A stretch of DNA of 64,000 nucleotides from a virus (taxonomy: Duplodnaviria > Caudoviricetes). The stretch lies in the IMG/VR virus record IMGVR_UViG_3300030330_005435, positions 10,053 through 74,052 of that record; one strand, given 5' to 3'. The notes below the pieces were generated by a model, which saw only the letters and a program-made list of their open reading frames with translations, did not search any database and was not told the origin of the DNA. Below, piece by piece: positions 63,199-64,000 of this stretch. The translations under genes were made by a program, and so were the position numbers. Every line of letters begins with the position of its first letter. The first letter of the stretch is position 1.

Positions 63199-64000
63199 GT
63201 TGCTAATCCATTCATGCTTAGTATCGCAATCAATCCAGGCACATTCTTTCTGACATAAACGCCAGAGAAAAGTGTCTCGCATCGACCGCCGACATAAGCG
63301 ATTGCTGACTCAATGTTTTTGCTGACTTTTGGATCAGCGACCATCTCTTCTGACACAACCAGCACCAACGAGCCTGCAGCAGCTTTGCCCTTTGGCGGGG
63401 GGCATGCAGACCTGTTCATACAGTTATGGAGAATCACCGATCCAAGCTTAGCAGTGTTTGGGTCCTTTATCATAGTCGAGCCCATAAAAGCGCGACCGTC
63501 ATTACCCAAACATGTTTCCAAATCTTTGCTATCGAAAGATTGGATCGGTGAATCCTCAGTGGAGAGTTTTAATACTTGGGCTAAGGACTTAGCAAATTGT
63601 GTGTTTGCGACAGGGTACATACCAAGCATACCAATTCTGCCACGAAGTAAACGAGTTGAGCGCTCGTTGTCAAGGACAATATGCGGATGCTGAGCAACGT
63701 CATTTGCCAGCGTCAACGCATTACGAGCGATTGTGGGATTAAGATTTTCTTGTGCTGTTGGCCAGGAGACTACATAAATGACCTTGCCGCTTGACTGCAC
63801 AGAGCGCATGTAACGCTCAAAGACAGGATGCAAAGCGGTAACAGAACTACCGGTGCCACCACCACCGCCAGCAAGGACGAATAACCAATCAACTTTACCG
63901 AGTTTGATGCGGAGAGCATCTTCAACAATTGCACCATTTTGACTTAAAACCTCTTTTCCATATTCAGTGTTCTTGCCGATTCCATCAGAATCGGGAATGA
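63195..64000 (-). CDS. tubulin/FtsZ-family GTPase (PhuZ-like), 5' end beyond the window
   Basis: Frame open to the edge: IPDSDGIGKNTEYGKEVL...WLFVLAGGGGGTGSSV (signature motif)...VVSWPTAQE...NERS; the ORF track starts it too late. Confidence 0.9.
   Translation of the reverse strand, partial: IPDSDGIGKNTEYGKEVLSQNGAIVEDALRIKLGKVDWLFVLAGGGGGTGSSVTALHPVFERYMRSVQSSGKVIYVVSWPTAQENLNPTIARNALTLANDVAQHPHIVLDNERSTRLLRGRIGMLGMYPVANTQFAKSLAQVLKLSTEDSPIQSFDSKDLETCLGNDGRAFMGSTMIKDPNTAKLGSVILHNCMNRSACPPPKGKAAAGSLVLVVSEEMVADPKVSKNIESAIAYVGGRCETLFSGVYVRKNVPGLIAILSMNGLAT
63197..63224 (+). repeat. 28-bp direct repeat, copy 2 (actual tubulin 3' end)
   Basis: atgttgctaatccattcatgcttagtat. Confidence 0.85.

Noticed and set aside
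63198-63282. ORF-track start MRDTFLWRL for the 62809 gene
   Set aside because: It lies inside the tubulin gene; the ATGA-coupled MKQLFESW start matches the leader family
228-63693. Numerous plus-strand ORFs in the track (e.g. 28615-29340, 48249-48959, 39359-39802, 63313-63693)
   Set aside because: They lie antisense to well-supported minus-strand genes, show no motifs or SD that I can recognise, and are expected shadows of Ala/Gly/Thr-rich coding DNA
1-64000. Stop-codon reassignment, as seen in some jumbo phages
   Set aside because: Long genes are intact in code 11, and TAA, TGA and TAG all end real genes
1-64000. tRNA genes, rRNA genes, CRISPR arrays, IS elements
   Set aside because: Intergenic gaps are short and explained by promoters and terminators; no cloverleaf, spaced repeats or transposase recognised

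Overview
A 64-kb segment of a large (probably jumbo) myovirus genome with T4-like head genes. All genes I can support lie on the minus strand, use the standard code and mostly have GGAG/GAGG Shine-Dalgarno sites. Positions 1-21.4 kb hold DNA-metabolism and accessory genes: a Dam-like MTase, a DPPF MTase next to an MspI-family endonuclease, a GapR/DsbA-like protein, J-domain protein, ClpP, DnaE, amidase endolysin, GroES, class II RNR, helicase, 5'-3' exonuclease, UvsE, RecA, gp32-like SSB, a degenerate tubulin and a compact family A polymerase. Sigma70-type promoters precede four of these genes. Positions 21.3-58.9 kb hold the virion module: baseplate, tape measure, tail chaperone with a likely programmed frameshift, tube, sheath, neck, major capsid, scaffold, fibre-like paralogues, ribosomal bS21, prohead protease, portal and terminase. 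A recurring CTA(T/C/A)TTA motif is the likely late promoter there. Positions 58.9-64 kb hold small genes, a holin/spanin-like cassette and a canonical PhuZ/FtsZ-like tubulin cut by the window edge. Strongest leads: (1) unrelated small proteins share two N-terminal leaders ending in (I/L/V)-x-E, suggesting a two-signal capsid cargo-loading system, and one such gene is flanked by a 28-bp duplication of the tubulin 3' end; (2) a canonical plus a degenerate tubulin in one phage; (3) an MspI-like nuclease paired with a non-C5 MTase; (4) a +1/-2 tail-chaperone frameshift; (5) a hidden 29-aa ORF before the prohead protease; (6) bS21 in a phage whose promoters do not look Bacteroidota-like. All homology calls come from motif recognition by eye; no searches were run.
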